Shown here piece after piece: positions 23,973 through 37,467 of a DNA stretch of 64,000 nt; the stretch's first letter is position 1, and every line of letters begins with the position of its first letter. The stretch lies in the NCBI GenBank assembly GCA_038496445.1, contig JALMLS010000013.1, positions 62,001 through 126,000 on the forward strand. Reading direction: 5' to 3'. Below the pieces are notes generated by a model. That model ran no database searches. It saw only the letters and a program-made list of their open reading frames with translations, and had not been told where the DNA came from. The position numbers were made by a program, and so were the translations under genes. The DNA comes from Trichosphaerium sp. ATCC 40318. Taxonomy: Eukaryota; Protista; Tubulinea.

Positions 23973-26900
23973 TCAAGTATTTCCATTGCTTCTTTCACGT
24001 TTTGCTGTTGATCTTTTTGTTCTTCTTGGTTTATCAACTTTATCAGGTCTAAATGTTATCTCATATAATCCTAAATCGCCGATTGTTTTAGCTGAGTCTA
24101 TAGCACTACCATTCAAATCTCTAGCAACATATTCGTTCATTTTGAGACCTCTTGCTTGACATATCTTTGACAACAAGTCTCTCAACACGATTCCTTCTTT
24201 CCAAAAAATACGTTTAACATGACCTAGAAAAAAGTTGGTTTATGTTCTCGTGTTGACAATGTTTTTTAAGGTCACGTGCCATGTGGTAAGTGTACTGTAA
24301 ATGTCTTATTTGCTCGTGCTTGAGGTGAATCGCCTGGCATTGGTAGTGTCTTGATTCGAGTATTAACATCATCGTCGGATTTTTGTCTGTTTGTGTCTCT
24401 CAGTTTTGGTGATGGTGATGCTTCTTTGTTGTTCAGTTGTGCTTTCTTTTTGCGTAGGTTGCGCAACTCTCTCTTTAGCTTATCATTTTGTCTCTTTAGA
24501 CGGCTATTCTCTTCATCAAGTTCTTCTAACTTAAGAAAGGTGTAAGCAAGTGGTGACGCTCATTTCGCAAAGCCAACTTAAAATAAAATGTTTCAAATGT
24601 AAGTACCTCAGCAACTTGCTCTTGAAGCTCATGCTTACTTTTAGTAAGGTTGTATACAGCTTGCTTCTAAACATAAATATATTAGATAAACCGAACGAGG
24701 TAGACTGCAAAGGAAGAAAATTTAATATCAAGAAGAAATCAAAACCTTACCAAGTCATTGTTTTCAAAAGTTAAAAGATCAACAGTTTTAGCCATTGACT
24801 GCTTTGAATTTCCATCGTCCATTCTATCCAGCTTTTCTATCTATATTATTACTTGCTGTTAGGATTCGGAATCACGATTAAAGAAATAAAGGACAAGACA
24901 TACTGTTTTTTCTTTTTCTGTGATTTCTTCTTGAAGACATCTTATGTGTTCTTTTCGCCGTTTCAAGTGCAGCTCAATATCATCATACTAAATTAATACG
25001 TAAGCGCTTACACAGTTTAAAAATGTATGCATAGAAACTATAAACCTAGGAGTGATGTAGACTTGCTTGTATCAAAGTTCGAAAACAAATAAAAGTGGTA
25101 CCTTTGCTTGCAATGCTTTATGTTTGACTTCAAGTTGAGCGCTTGAATCGTACAGTATAGCCTTTTCTTGCTTCACTTTGGCGACTTTCGTTTTAGATTG
25201 AGATAGCTCAGAAGATAGTTTACTCTTAGATATTTCAAGCTCTGTATTTGTAGCTTCAAGTTTTGATACTTTTTCCCTTAATTCTCCTATCTCTGAAACA
25301 TGAAATGAAGTCTTTGTTTTAAAGTTAGCTTCAGATAAAATATCACGTGTTTTTCACGTGCTTTTTCATTCATGCGATCTATTCTCTCACATAATTTATC
25401 ATTTGTTGATTTAACAGTTGTATACTGATCTTGCATTTTTTGCATTGCTTCAAGAGTTTCCTTAAGAAAATAATGAGAAAAACTAAAAAAAAAGTTTGTA
25501 GTTTGATGCGAAGGTTACCTGTTGCTGAAGTCTATGAGTTTGCTCTATTTCTAACAGTTCAACTTGGTGTTTTTCAATAGCTTTTTTGTAATCTTTTTCA
25601 CGTGTTTCAAGAGTCATTTCAGCTTCCATTTGAATTCGTTGTTTTTCTTCTTTTACAGTTAATACCATTGTCTGTGCAATGGCAAGTTCCTCCTCTTTTG
25701 CATCAACATAAGCCTCTTGGTAAAAAACGTTACTTTATGATAACAAAGAGTATATGTGCGTACTCATTTCAGCTTCTGCTTTTATCTTATCTGCAGAAAG
25801 ATCCTCCAAAGCATCATCCAATTGTGCAATGTCATCAAGTAGCTGAATTTCTTTCATTTTTTGTGCTTCGAAATATGACTTCATTTCTTCTATTTATAAT
25901 TCTCCTTTAGTGTCCAGGTAATAGCGTGTTGTAAAGAAATAATATGACTAACCTTTCTCACGCATCATTTTTTCATTGAGTGCCTTGACCATGGTATTCT
26001 CTTCAGTCAATAATTTATTCTTTGTGATTTGCTGTTTCAGCTCTTTTTCAAAGTTTTCTAGCGTTTCTCCGGCTTCTTCTAGTTCTGCAGCGTATCTATC
26101 TTGTTCCTCTATTTCAATTTGAACTTGTTGTTTGAGTCTTTGATTCTCTTCTTGTAGTACAAGCATGAAACCCTCCACCTCGCCTTTAGCTCTGGAGAAT
26201 TCTGACTGAGTCAACAAATCTCTTCCAGATTTTTTTGGCTTTGTCTTTTGTGGCTTTTGCTGTAGCTCCTTTGATGACGAACTTGATGTGCTTGATGAAG
26301 AATTAACTTTGTTATTCTCAAATTCAAGCTCAGCCTAAACAGAATTACAAAGACGACCAGTGAGGACAGTTTTTTTTTGTGAATTTTTACCTTCATATTT
26401 TCTAAACTTAGTTTCTTGATTTTCTCGCCGCATTTTCTTGCTAACTGTAATCCGTTTTGTTGAGGACCATCAGCCTCAAGAGCGTTTAATACATGCTTAA
26501 AATCTCTTTCTATTTCTTCTATTAGTGCAGCATTACTCCGAATACTAGCAAAAGGTCTCGAAGAAACAGATCCTACAGTGAAAAAACAAGTTAGTGCTAC
26601 AAGTTGTTACATAGTGAACTTTGACATGGAAAACTCGTAACAAATGTTACGCCATATAAATAGATACATAGATCATGCTTTTTCAAGCTAAAAGCCGCCA
26701 AAATGTTATCACAAAGTTAAGTAATTAAACAAAAAAAAAGTGAAAAAAACGAACTTTTCGTTTTTCTCAAACCTTTCGCCTCTGTAGATGACTTCTTCGA
26801 TAAGCTTTTAGATTTCTAAGCACAAAATATCAATATACAATATAACTGCAATAAAATAAAATCACGTGCATTATCACTTGATTTATGTAATGCCAACTTC

Positions 26901-28832
26901 AACTGCAATTTCTCATCCTCCATCGAACTTAACTGTGCTTTTAAGTCCTACATGAACAACTGTTAGCGCCGTTCAATTTAAACCACACCCTCAGAAGTAC
27001 TCCAAAATTATATATGTAATCACTGACGTACATCAACTTCATTATTCTGAGATTGGTTACCAACATACTCACCAAAACTCGAACCAGATAAAATGAGCTC
27101 TTCATGCAGTCTTGGTGTATCCAATAATTTTGTAGATGACTTTCCAGGCATACCATATAACGCTTTCAACTCATGTTTCGTTCTTGGCGTTGAAGGGCTT
27201 GCATTTGCGAATACTACAGGTAATCTAACTTTGTCGTCATTGTAACTTGATGATGAAGACATTGAAAGAAACTCTTCGCTACTGCTGTTTTCAGACATAT
27301 CACTTTCGCTTTCGCTTTCATCTAAAGGCTTCTTGGTTGGTACTGATTTTTCTCTGCTATTTTTCTGCTCTGTAGGCAATAACTGATCTAATAAGCTTCT
27401 TAGATTTGCTACTTCTCCATGTTCTTTAGGTTTGGCGACATCACCTTTGTACTACCAAGTTAGATGTAAAAAAAATTATACTTCAAATGTTTTTTTTAGC
27501 TGATTTTAAAAACTCACCGTTAATTCCTTGCATGACGTCACTTGCAACTTGCTGTAATTTAGCATCTTCAAGTTGAAGCTCTTCAAGTTTCTTAGCGAAT
27601 TTACGCCCAAGAGTGTCCATTGTGAAAGCTATTCGACTGTTAACAAGGAAGACTTGTTTTTTCCAAAAAATCATTTTAGTACCTAGTTTTTTATTTGCTG
27701 TTGCTTCTGAATCTGAATCGGTTGTATGACTTTCCGAAGATGAAGACGAAGACCCTTCATATATATCATCCGGTTCTATTAACGCTGCTCCAGCACCAGC
27801 AAATCGAAATTCGTTATCACCTTTAGAAGCAACCAAAGCACGAAGTTTTGCATGACTAACATGTACGTTGTGAAGTGGTGTACCGTGCCTGTTTAAAGAG
27901 TTAATACACGTGATAAGGCCGTCTATAAACAGGTACCCTGGTTCATCTTGAAATTCCACAATATCTCCTAAATCTTTTACATCTTCTTCATCTTCTGATG
28001 TATCACTTGAAGCGTATCCTAAATTTGTGTTGGTATGAGAAGTTCTTTTGTATGTTGTAGAAATAGCAATTGTCAAGTTCAAGGCATAGATACAACTCAA
28101 GAGGTTGGAGAGTACACGTGTTGGGTAGTAAGATATTATTTTTAGAGGTGTACAAAGACCAAAATAGCGGTAATTGGAAAAGATCTTCAAAGTGTTTACA
28201 ACGTACCTATTCCTTTTTCATCGCTTAATACCGAACTAGAATCTGATGTATCTGCAGAGTTTGTAGAACATGTGAGGCCATTATCGAACTATAAGAACAC
28301 ACGTATTAGCCTAGAGATATCATAAAAAGAAAATAGTACTCCACTAGATGACTCATCTTTTAACTCGTTCATAAGTCTTCTCTCTAGTCCTAATAGCCTA
28401 CGCACTTTCCTATCTCCTCATGAGACGAAAAAAAAATAAATAAAAAAGTTAAAAAAAGAACTAAAGATAACACGTGGTTATCCACAGCGCGTAAACGTCT
28501 CAGAAAAACGAAATTTTTTGCAAAAAAAAAAATAGAAAAAAGAATTTGAACCAAACACGTGATAAACTCCTTCATACCTTCCCTGAAAAATAGCTTGTAC
28601 GCGTAATACTCCTTTTCGAAGGCGTAAATACTCTCTTCGTTTTATAACCATACGGCCTTGAGATTGGCATTTTACAACATTCTTGTACGTTCTAAGGTAA
28701 AGACGCCTATAAAGTAAAACGCCAACCAATTTTAGTTCGTTTTGTATTGTTTTCATTCTTTACGCACCTTACAAGTAATCCACGTATCAGTGCCTGTAGG
28801 TATATAACGGCTTGATTTTTCTCTTCGGACAT
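23973..28832 (-). CDS. IQ-motif / acidic / coiled-coil protein with C-terminal Raf-like Ras-binding domain
   Basis: IQ motifs LQALIRGLLVR, CQSQGRMVIKR, VQAIFQGR; Ser/Asp-rich tracts; long heptad exons; FTVHLPHG..LRDLLSKICQARGL..TIGDLGLYEITF. Could be two genes. Confidence 0.6.
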
Positions 28833-29811
28833 ATCACGTGTTCATAATCAGCAAGTTGAGAACAACTATTTTCTAACAAAAAAAGTCTCACCTTTTCTTG
28901 ATAGCATTTTGCAAATACTTGCCATTGATAAAAACCAGATACTATGCTATGAATCACGAATTCCTCGACTACGTACTGTCGTTGTTTGATGCTCTATTTA
29001 TTGCTACTACAAATCAACTAAGCAGCCTATAGTATGGGCCTATTTTAAGGCACTTTGGCGTTTGCAAGCGAGAGCAAACTACCAGTACAGTGCTACTAAT
29101 AGGTGTAGCGAAAGTAGAGAGGTAGTGTATGTAGTATTTCTATATTGACTGTACATTTTTCTATTTCAATTAGTAGCTCGCATTTTTTGATTGACGCTGG
29201 GTTTTATTAGATTACACACTTGCCAAGGCCTTCAACACCTCATCTAGTACATCTGTACATAATAAAGCAATCACAAAAATAAACCACAAGCCAGCTTTGA
29301 CTCTTTTTAAGTACAATTGACAAACGCTCTTTCCACCAATGAAAAAAACGTCCTGACAATACAGAACGTGTGTACACTATATTTTAGAGTATGCAGGACC
29401 TTACGACATACCACGCATTTTGTGTTTATGCCATGTCAGATACATTCACATTGTGCTAGTCAACTCTGCCAGGTCTGTATGTTTTGCACGATTCACCCTT
29501 TGCTTGATTAACGTAATTATACATACTGTGGTGCATACTATCCGTGGAATAAATAAAAGCAATGCTATTGTAAGTTGACAATTAAGATTGGGTTATAGCG
29601 CTCAAATAGGTGTTGGTCTCTTTTGTATGTCCAAAGCTACTACATACTCTACGTGCTACAAAAAGACAACAACCTTTTTTGCGGATGTTGTTACATTCCT
29701 TAATACAACAGGCAGCTGATGTTGTTCGCTGTAGCAGTTTTAGCTTATTTCAACAGGCAACCTTTGCCTTAGGTTTGTACGAAGCATACTATTTTCCACC
29801 AGAATAACACT

Positions 29812-30015
29812 AAAATCCACTTGAGTGGATTTTGGTACCTAGCAAATATTAACCTGTGCTGCCACACCCACCAATGGATGACATTTTGTGAGCGAAGGTC
29901 GGGTTCTTTTCCCGAGCGAAGCGACGGGCCCGACCGAAAGCGAACAGTGCTCTATATTAGCTTGCATTCGCTGTTTAAACCTGGGAATATAAATAATCTC
30001 TTGAGTGGATTTTGG
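29812..30015. mobile_element. Candidate small non-autonomous element: 16-bp direct repeats around a GC-rich GCGAAGC hairpin core
   Basis: CTTGAGTGGATTTTGG at 29820-29835 and 30000-30015; palindrome 29812-29833; GGTCGGG..GAGCGAAGCGA..CCCGACC core. Confidence 0.4.
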
Positions 30016-30221
30016 CTCATATTTTGTGGAAAATGTGTCGTCTGCAGGTTTGTAACTTCCTACTTGTTGAGTCGACAAGGATCATTATAATAGCGAAACG
30101 TCGTGTCGTGTAGGGTAGTGTAGTTTCGTGTTTTTGTGGTTATTTGAAATCGGGATTACATCGGACAAACTCTTGAAAAACTCTCTACACCTTTTCACTC
30201 AAAAAATTATTATCACTTACA

Positions 30222-30619
30222 ATGAGCAACTTATCTTTAATACCTACGCTATCCTTGGCTATTCTTTTTGTAGTCTTTATGTTCGCATGTCCTGTATCAG
30301 GAAATGACGAAGAGGTAGAAGCGTGCATAGGCAAATGGTGTTCAAGGCTGTATGAAAAAATTGAGGGAGGTTCGGGAACTTTTTGCGCCGACCTTTGGGG
30401 ATCTTGCCCTAGTACGAGTTATGATAATGTACGCACTTCTCCATTATCTACACTGTTCAACTTTCGACTCACTTCAAAGTATAGTATGACCACATATCAG
30501 GCAAGAAAAAGTGTAAACGATGCAATCAGAGAACACCTAGCGCTGGAAGATGTAATAATTATAATGGTATCATGGGGGTTGGTACTAATGCGAAAGTATC
30601 CCGCTATAGATGTGATTAA
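30222..30619 (+). CDS. Small secreted cysteine-rich protein, paralog A
   Basis: Signal peptide. Removing intron about 30429-30484 gives ..WGSCPSTSYDN|YDHISGKKKCKRCNQRTPSAGRC..RYRCD*, matching the paralog at 40474. Confidence 0.8.
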
Positions 30620-30869
30620 GCGAGTGTATCTATATAGTAACCACATCCATGTTGTATGTGACTTGCTATCTCAGTGCTAGTTAAGCAAACTATAAATAAA
30701 TTGATTGTTTGTTGGCATTTTCTTTTTTTATTTTAGAAGCCTTTCAACCCATTGAGTCACAAGTTTTGAAGCATCACGTGTTACTATGATAAAACAATTA
30801 AGCAAATTTATGACGTGTGTAAATGTAGATACGTTTGTTATCGCAATATCACATGCCTTGTACTTAATA

Positions 30870-31139
30870 TTGTCCGTATCATTCAAGTTTGCAAAACTGT
30901 GCAAATTTTTGCTGTTTGTGACTTTTGGTTTTCGTGTTTAGTCAGATCTGACAGATCTTGCAAGTTACGTTAGTTCTTACATAACTGACTATTTTGCTAG
31001 AACTAGCAGATACAACGTTTGAAATGTGATTTAATTTACAGCAAAAACTGACAAGATATTACGGGTCTGATAGTTCTTGTGCAATATCTTACACTTTGAT
31101 ACTTGTGCCAACTGTTGCAAACTTGAATGATACGGACAA
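30870..31139. mobile_element. MITE-like element with perfect 25-bp terminal inverted repeats
   Basis: TTGTCCGTATCATTCAAGTTTGCAA (30870-30894) and its reverse complement (31115-31139). No clear target-site duplication. Confidence 0.7.
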
Positions 31140-31759
31140 GGAACACTTATTACTTGCGTTTCTTTGTCATACTCTGACCTTATGACCATGTCCAAACCTA
31201 CAAGTTTAGTGAACATTTAGCACAACAGTGCTCCAGTGACGTCATGTTAAGTTGAAGGTTAGAAAAAGGCTTAAAATCATGGAAAAGAGTCATTCGCTTT
31301 TGCTCACGAAAAAAAAAATGAAGTTCAGATGCTCTCTGGTAACATGTTACTCCAGAATACAGAAATTGGCTTGTAAAAAAGTGTATTAACTTTCCAAGTG
31401 TTCTTGTATGATATAACAAATGCTTGGGGCTAGAGCCACAAGACATTTTTTCTTCCTCCCAACATCGTCTTAGTTAATGTTCCTTGGCTAGTTGACAGAA
31501 GAAAGTCAGCTGAGAGTGTTAGAACTCTAACAGCTGATTGGTGGTAGAGTAGTTTCGACTTCTGTTTAGGAATAATGAACAGTCCTAATAAAGCTAGCAG
31601 TAAGTTTACTTTTTAATTAGCTTACAACATTTTGGGCCAAGTTTGTAGCTTCGCGTTTTTGGTTATTAGAGGAATTATATCTTGTATGCAATTGATGGCC
31701 TGCAATTGTTGGTTCGATGTGTTTGAATAAAAATACTCATAACCGCTTTCAAATACACG

Positions 31760-32326
31760 TCAGAATCTGTAAAAAAAAACACAGTTTGAAATTCTTAGAT
31801 GAAATTGGCAAGACTGTCTATAACTCACGGACTGTAGATATGGTACAATAGTGTTTTTATTTGATTTTCGTTTTACAAGTGTTTTATAAGTGCTAGGTGC
31901 TACCTCGACTGATGTACTACCAATGAACACTACATGCTGCTTCTTTTTTTTTCCGAATAAAAACCGCTTCAGTTTGTTTGACTTTTTCTTCTTCAATGTA
32001 GGCTTGCCAAGATCCTTACTTCTATTACTACTTGGAAACAACCCACGATCGCTTGATACTTTACGTAGCATAGGATTTGATGTGTTTGGTTTCAGTGATG
32101 ACCCGATATTTTTTGCTTCTGGTAGAGTTTTCGCATGAATGTTATCACGTGCTGGTAACTTTTTTCGGCGTGGTTGATGTCGTTTTGGTCTTTGCCTTCG
32201 ATGTGTCCTTTTCATAGGTGCAGGTAGTGCTACTGTATTTAACAGGTCCAGAAAAGATACCACTAAGCACATTACGCATTTGGCGCACTTTGTAACAATA
32301 CACCAGACTGACATTGCTTCAAACAA
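31760..32326 (-). CDS. Basic Lys/Arg-rich orphan protein, paralog A
   Basis: Shares SFLDLLN..ALP and KLKRF..KKKK.H.VFIG.TSVEVA..TYK with the ORF at 38781. Confidence 0.7.
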   Translation of the reverse strand: MFEAMSVWCIVTKCAKCVMCLVVSFLDLLNTVALPAPMKRTHRRQRPKRHQPRRKKLPARDNIHAKTLPEAKNIGSSLKPNTSNPMLRKVSSDRGLFPSSNRSKDLGKPTLKKKKSNKLKRFLFGKKKKQHVVFIGSTSVEVAPSTYKTLVKRKSNKNTIVPYLQSVSYRQSCQFHLRISNCVFFYRF

Positions 32327-33156
32327 AAATTATTAAATATTTGCGTTAAGTTACCCAAAGGCCAACCCGACATATTATGTTAAATACCCTAACCCACACA
32401 AACTTAGATATGTAATAGAAGCTTGTAAGTATCCATTAAGATAAAGGCCCAACAGACCGTGACTTAAATACCCGAGACATAAATAGCTACCCAAAATAGT
32501 TGTCGGGCTCATACATTACAGAAGCTTGTAAAACACCTCGGTGTAACCAAAAATGGAAAACGGGCAACAGTTCATTGATAAACAGCTCAGTATGGCTTCA
32601 GTATTATGTAGACAAGTCAAAGTACACAAATGCTGCTTTCAACTGTTCGCTAGTTATTGTACTAGCGCTTTGTTTGGTAAGTTTATGGCGATATGCTTGC
32701 AGTATTTACAAAGTATCACGTGAAATTCTCGTTGACAGATACATAAGAAAAGATTACACTTCGGGTCGTGCGTAATATTTATTGACTTAAAAAACGGGCA
32801 TTTGTTCAAGAAAATCTTCCGCTTACTTGCGTTATGTTCGAAAAAGTAAAGAAAAACAAACAAGGTTATAAATATATTACAAGATTTTATTTTGTTTCTC
32901 CTTTTTTTGTTGTTTTTACAGACGTCATTCCCTTTTTTTTTTTTTTTTTTTTTTGTCCCCAATAGTAAGTTACACCCACAAAGTCCGTAAAAAATCCAAA
33001 AAAGAGAATACAAAAAGGTTTCATAGGATCAAAGATTTTTGAATGGATTATTCATCATCCAACCAAAAATAAGAGCCACAAGTAAATTGTATAAGGTCTT
33101 GTGGCTTGGGCGTTAAAAAACCAGGAAGGACCCAAACTTGGTTTTTTTTTTTTTTT

Positions 33157-35671
33157 TCAGACGCCTTTCCGGTCTTGATCTTTGTATTCATGTCCACCTC
33201 CTCCGTTCTTTCGTACTTGTTGCTCATACTCTTCCCTATCATAAGCCCCAATTACTTCATATGTATTACCTCCTTCAAAGTCAAGGTTTGGAGCATAGGC
33301 GTTGTTGTAAGGGTCTGTGAAATTCTCGCCATACATTTGAGCATAAAAGTTCGTAGATTGTACGGCCTGTACAGGGTACGCTGGATAAGTGCTCGGATAA
33401 GGGGCTGCAGTCCTGATATTTTGGTTAACTTCAAAACTAAGCGTAAAACTTCAACCAAAAAATCACGTGATATTTTTTCAAACATAATAACGTTAATCGG
33501 TATACATGGATTTATAAAATAAAAGGTTTCGCGCCATTAGAAGAATTCTGTTTTGAATTGTGAGTTTTTTTGCTGTGAATTATTTGGCAAAAAAACGCAA
33601 AAAAAATAAAAAAAAATCTCATTCATTTTTGTTGTGTAGGTTTTATACTCCCAATAGTTATTGATACACAAAAACGACGTAGTCAAGGAGATCCGGACTA
33701 TGACCGTGAGCCGTTCACACATTTTATGCGTTTGTTAATTAACGCTAATTAACTTTTTTTTTGTGCTTTCAAAAACGCTTTAAAGCGACCGTGTGAATAT
33801 CTTTGGAACGTACCATGCGTAGTTAGTGTATCCGTAAGGTACAGGATAATGAGGTGACCATACCCAAGACGGCGAAAAGTACGTTGCAGGCACTTGGTAT
33901 GGCTGTGGTTGGTTGTTTGGAGATTCTGGTCTTCCGGTGTTATGTGCAGGGCTAGAAGGTGGTGTATTGTTTGAGGACTTACGGGGTTCTGCTCTCTTTA
34001 CTTCAACCTACATCATGTTTAGTAATAATACGCGAACAAAACGCTAAAGAACAAAGTTTTGTTCGTTAATTAAAGAAAAAGTCCACATTTTGGTTAAAGG
34101 CGTTTTCAGAAATTTACAAAAGACCACTGTTGGCGCTAGTAAACATGTAGGTTCAAGTAAGTTTTTTGTAAAGTAATTTTCCTAGCTTACCCTTTTACCG
34201 TTAATTTGATGAGAGTGGTGGCTCAGTACTAAGCTGACTGTATCCTCCTCCTTGAACGTTACAAAACCGAAACCTCTAGATCTTCCGGTAAGTTTGTCTC
34301 GCATCAGTTGCGACCCAACTAACACCCCAAACTGCTTAAAATATTCTCTAAATTGATCTAGGACTATCAGCGCTAATGCACAGGCAAAAGTCAACCGTCT
34401 AGCGGCTCTTAAAAAGTCCCAAAATACGTCTTAGGGAAAAACTTGATAATTTTTTGAGTTTTGCCCGTTTTGTGCTTTGAAATCACGTGAGGGACTTCCT
34501 CTTTTTTATTAAACTGAAGAGGTGGCCCACCACATGAAACAAATTAGTAGCGCCTTGAATTTATATAGAAAAAGCGTGTTTTAACGTAAGGGTAATTGAT
34601 AGGGCAAACAGGTTATAACGTGATAAAAAGTGGTTTGGGTTTTTTTACTTGTATTGTTCAAGTAGAAGAACTATTTTTTTCTCGTCTACAATACTAAATA
34701 AATGACGTACCATCATCACAGTCGTTTGGTATACCCCCTACGAATATTTTGGTAGTATTATCAGGCATGTTCGCCTTAGGTATGGCTCTCTTGGCCTCAA
34801 CCTTTTTAAAGTTAGTATAAAGCCAAGAACTTAGTTTACAAAACGATGGCGATGCAATATGGTCACGTGGAAGGAACCTTTATAAAAATATTTTTCAATT
34901 AAAAAGAAACCACGTCGTTGTGCTGAAAACTTACTCGCCTTGGGTACAAGATCACCCAAAATTGCATAAAAACAAGATAAAAGAACCAAAAACAAAAAAA
35001 AAAAAAGAAACTTCCAACTTTTTACGCGATACCGGTGAGTTAATTAAAAGACTCTTTGACGCACCCGAGACCCTAAAATCTGATGTACATCTCCCACAGC
35101 TCGATTGGCGCTGCCGAGGTCTTTAAATGTGACAAACCCAAAACCACGGCTACGACCGGAGTCTCTATCACGCATAATAATAGCGTCTAGAATGACACCA
35201 TATTTTTCAAAATACTCTTTTAAAATCTCTAAACATGTGATTAGATCATATATATCACGTGAGTATTATAAAAATAACGTTACAAAAATAAATAAGCGAG
35301 ACACAAAGGCGTTTTGTTTTCCTCTTTTTTTTTTTTCAGCTTTAAATTAACTTGTTTTACCTGCTGTTGTAGACCAAGTTAGTCCTCCAACAAATATCTT
35401 TGCGCTAGTAGTTGTAAATTAATAAGGCTATGTGGCACTGTGTAGCAAAAAAAAGTTGTTTAATTAACTACCGAACTAAAACCGTTTTTTTGTTGTTTAT
35501 CCACAACGTAGTTTTACAAATCACGTGTTCATTAGTACTTTAAGAAACACTACGAAAATAATGCTTTCACATTCGTTTTAAGACGTACCTTGGGTCTCCT
35601 TCTACTGGTGGTAGTGTATTCTTTCCGGTTAACAAGTTATCTCCTTGAGGTATCTCCATTGTTGCAAGCAT
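33157..35671 (-). CDS. Two-RRM RNA-binding protein (hnRNP A/B, Musashi/DAZAP1-like)
   Basis: KIFVGGLTWST, RDRLRS.SRGFGFVTF (RNP1), VEAKRAIP, KIFVGGI, RSRGFGFVTFKEE, VEVKRAEPR, Tyr/Pro-rich tail. Confidence 0.9.
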
Positions 35672-37467
35672 TTGGGACAACAAAAAATAATCAAAAAAAC
35701 TACACTTTAGTCAAACCCAATAATGTGAATTTAAAAGTTCACCATTGAATTCTTGCGCATTGTTTTTTAATTAACCTATCATTGATAGTCTCAAAACAAA
35801 CGTACTTGTATTATTAGAGGGTTCACGATAGGGCACGGCACCTTGGAAGTAAAAAATCACCTTAAACAGCCCTTGAACAATGTGTTTATCAACGCAACGA
35901 AGTTAACGGAGCTAATTTATAAGTGATTGATCATTGAAACAGAAACTTAACGAACTTTCTTATTCGGGGCCTTGTGATATATAGCCAGTCCACACGGAGA
36001 TTGATACGAGTGAAAAATACTCAATCTCGTTGGTTCGCTAGAATAAGACAATAGAGAATCACTGCACTGCAGTTAACTCTGTTTAATACGAACATAAGAA
36101 AGATTATACATACACTCTGCCAGTGAAGATCAAACAAGCTTGTGGCTGTCGCGTCGATCGTGATTTCTAAAGGCGTTTCACGTGCTCTTGTGTTATTTTC
36201 TACACAAACACGTTGGCATGGCTAAAAAATGTCTCTGTAGGTGTAATTATATGCCATGTCCCTTCTAACTAAAGATTCCCGAAGCTTTTTGATGCTGACT
36301 TTAAAAAATCCCAAAGCAGATAGATTTTTGTCGCTGGCCTCTTTAAGTGCGCCATACGCACTCCAAAAGCCTCAGGTAGCCAAACATAGATGGTTTACGC
36401 GTATACAAGCAACAAAGACGACTGGTAGATAGTTTTAAGAGCCAACGCATTGTTTGAACTCCCTATCGATCTAGTACAACGCCAACATGTATATACGGAC
36501 AGAATGCGTTGACTTGAATGATGTTTTAAGCAATACAACTCGCTACATTTGAGTTTACAAAATCAACGTGTCGTTAATGGTCAAATTCTCTGCTTGTATT
36601 GGTTATCACGTGCTCTTTTGTAGCTAATTCATGTACGGTTGTAAGCGTGTACCTCTCAAACCTAAAACTAGGTTCCGTAACATATCAGGCTGAACGTCGA
36701 AAGGTTACGCTCCACACGTTGTTTGCGCAGTGGCCTCGTTTCGCTTACTTAGATCTCCGTTTGTGAGAAAAAAAATTGGGACACTTTACCTGATTTGGGA
36801 CTTTTCATTTTTGACTAATTCTTCTGTCTACGCTTATGTTCTTAGAGTAAGTGTTCCGTTGAAATTTTTTGAAACAACCTCCTACATCGACCACGTGTTG
36901 GACCTTTTTTTTAAACAACATTTATTTTATTATTTTCACTCATACTAATTTCGACGAAAATAATCATTGTGAACTTTGACGAAATACACAAATGTAGTGT
37001 GAATGATCACAACGTATGTCACTACAATAAATTACACTATTACCCTACAACTAAGGCCACGTCTCTTACACGTATTCTCATCTTTTTTGTGTCCTTTAAC
37101 GTTTCACTTGTACCTAATTTAGTTATGTAAATACGTTAGAGCAAAAGGCCGACTCTGTTCAATTTATATGTGCTAAGCTATGGCTTGCATAGAAAATCAA
37201 TGTAAACTTCAGCGAATATTGTTTCATATGAAAGTCATTGAATGCACCTTTTTTATATTGAAACTCCATCAACGCACCTCAGCAATGTTTACCAACGTAA
37301 TTTACGTACTACAACGATACTTTTACATTATATATCGTGTTTTGACAAGTGTTTTATCGCCTTACTTTACATCCAACTCCACACGTGTCCGACAATTTAA
37401 ACCGACTAAAAAACGAAAACAAAAAAGAAAAAAAAGAAGAAGAACAAAAACTAAGAGAGTCTATAAC

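Noticed and set aside
32350-32530. Degenerate repeat of about 100 bp (AAAGGCC.AAC, TTAAATACCC, AGAAGCTTGTAA)
   Set aside because: Only two weak units; no further support.
33106-33522. 138-aa plus-strand ORF
   Set aside because: Antisense to the last exon of the RRM gene.
37180-37467. N-terminal extension of ORF 37180-37764
   Set aside because: Low-complexity A-rich leader; ATG 37468 has the better start context.
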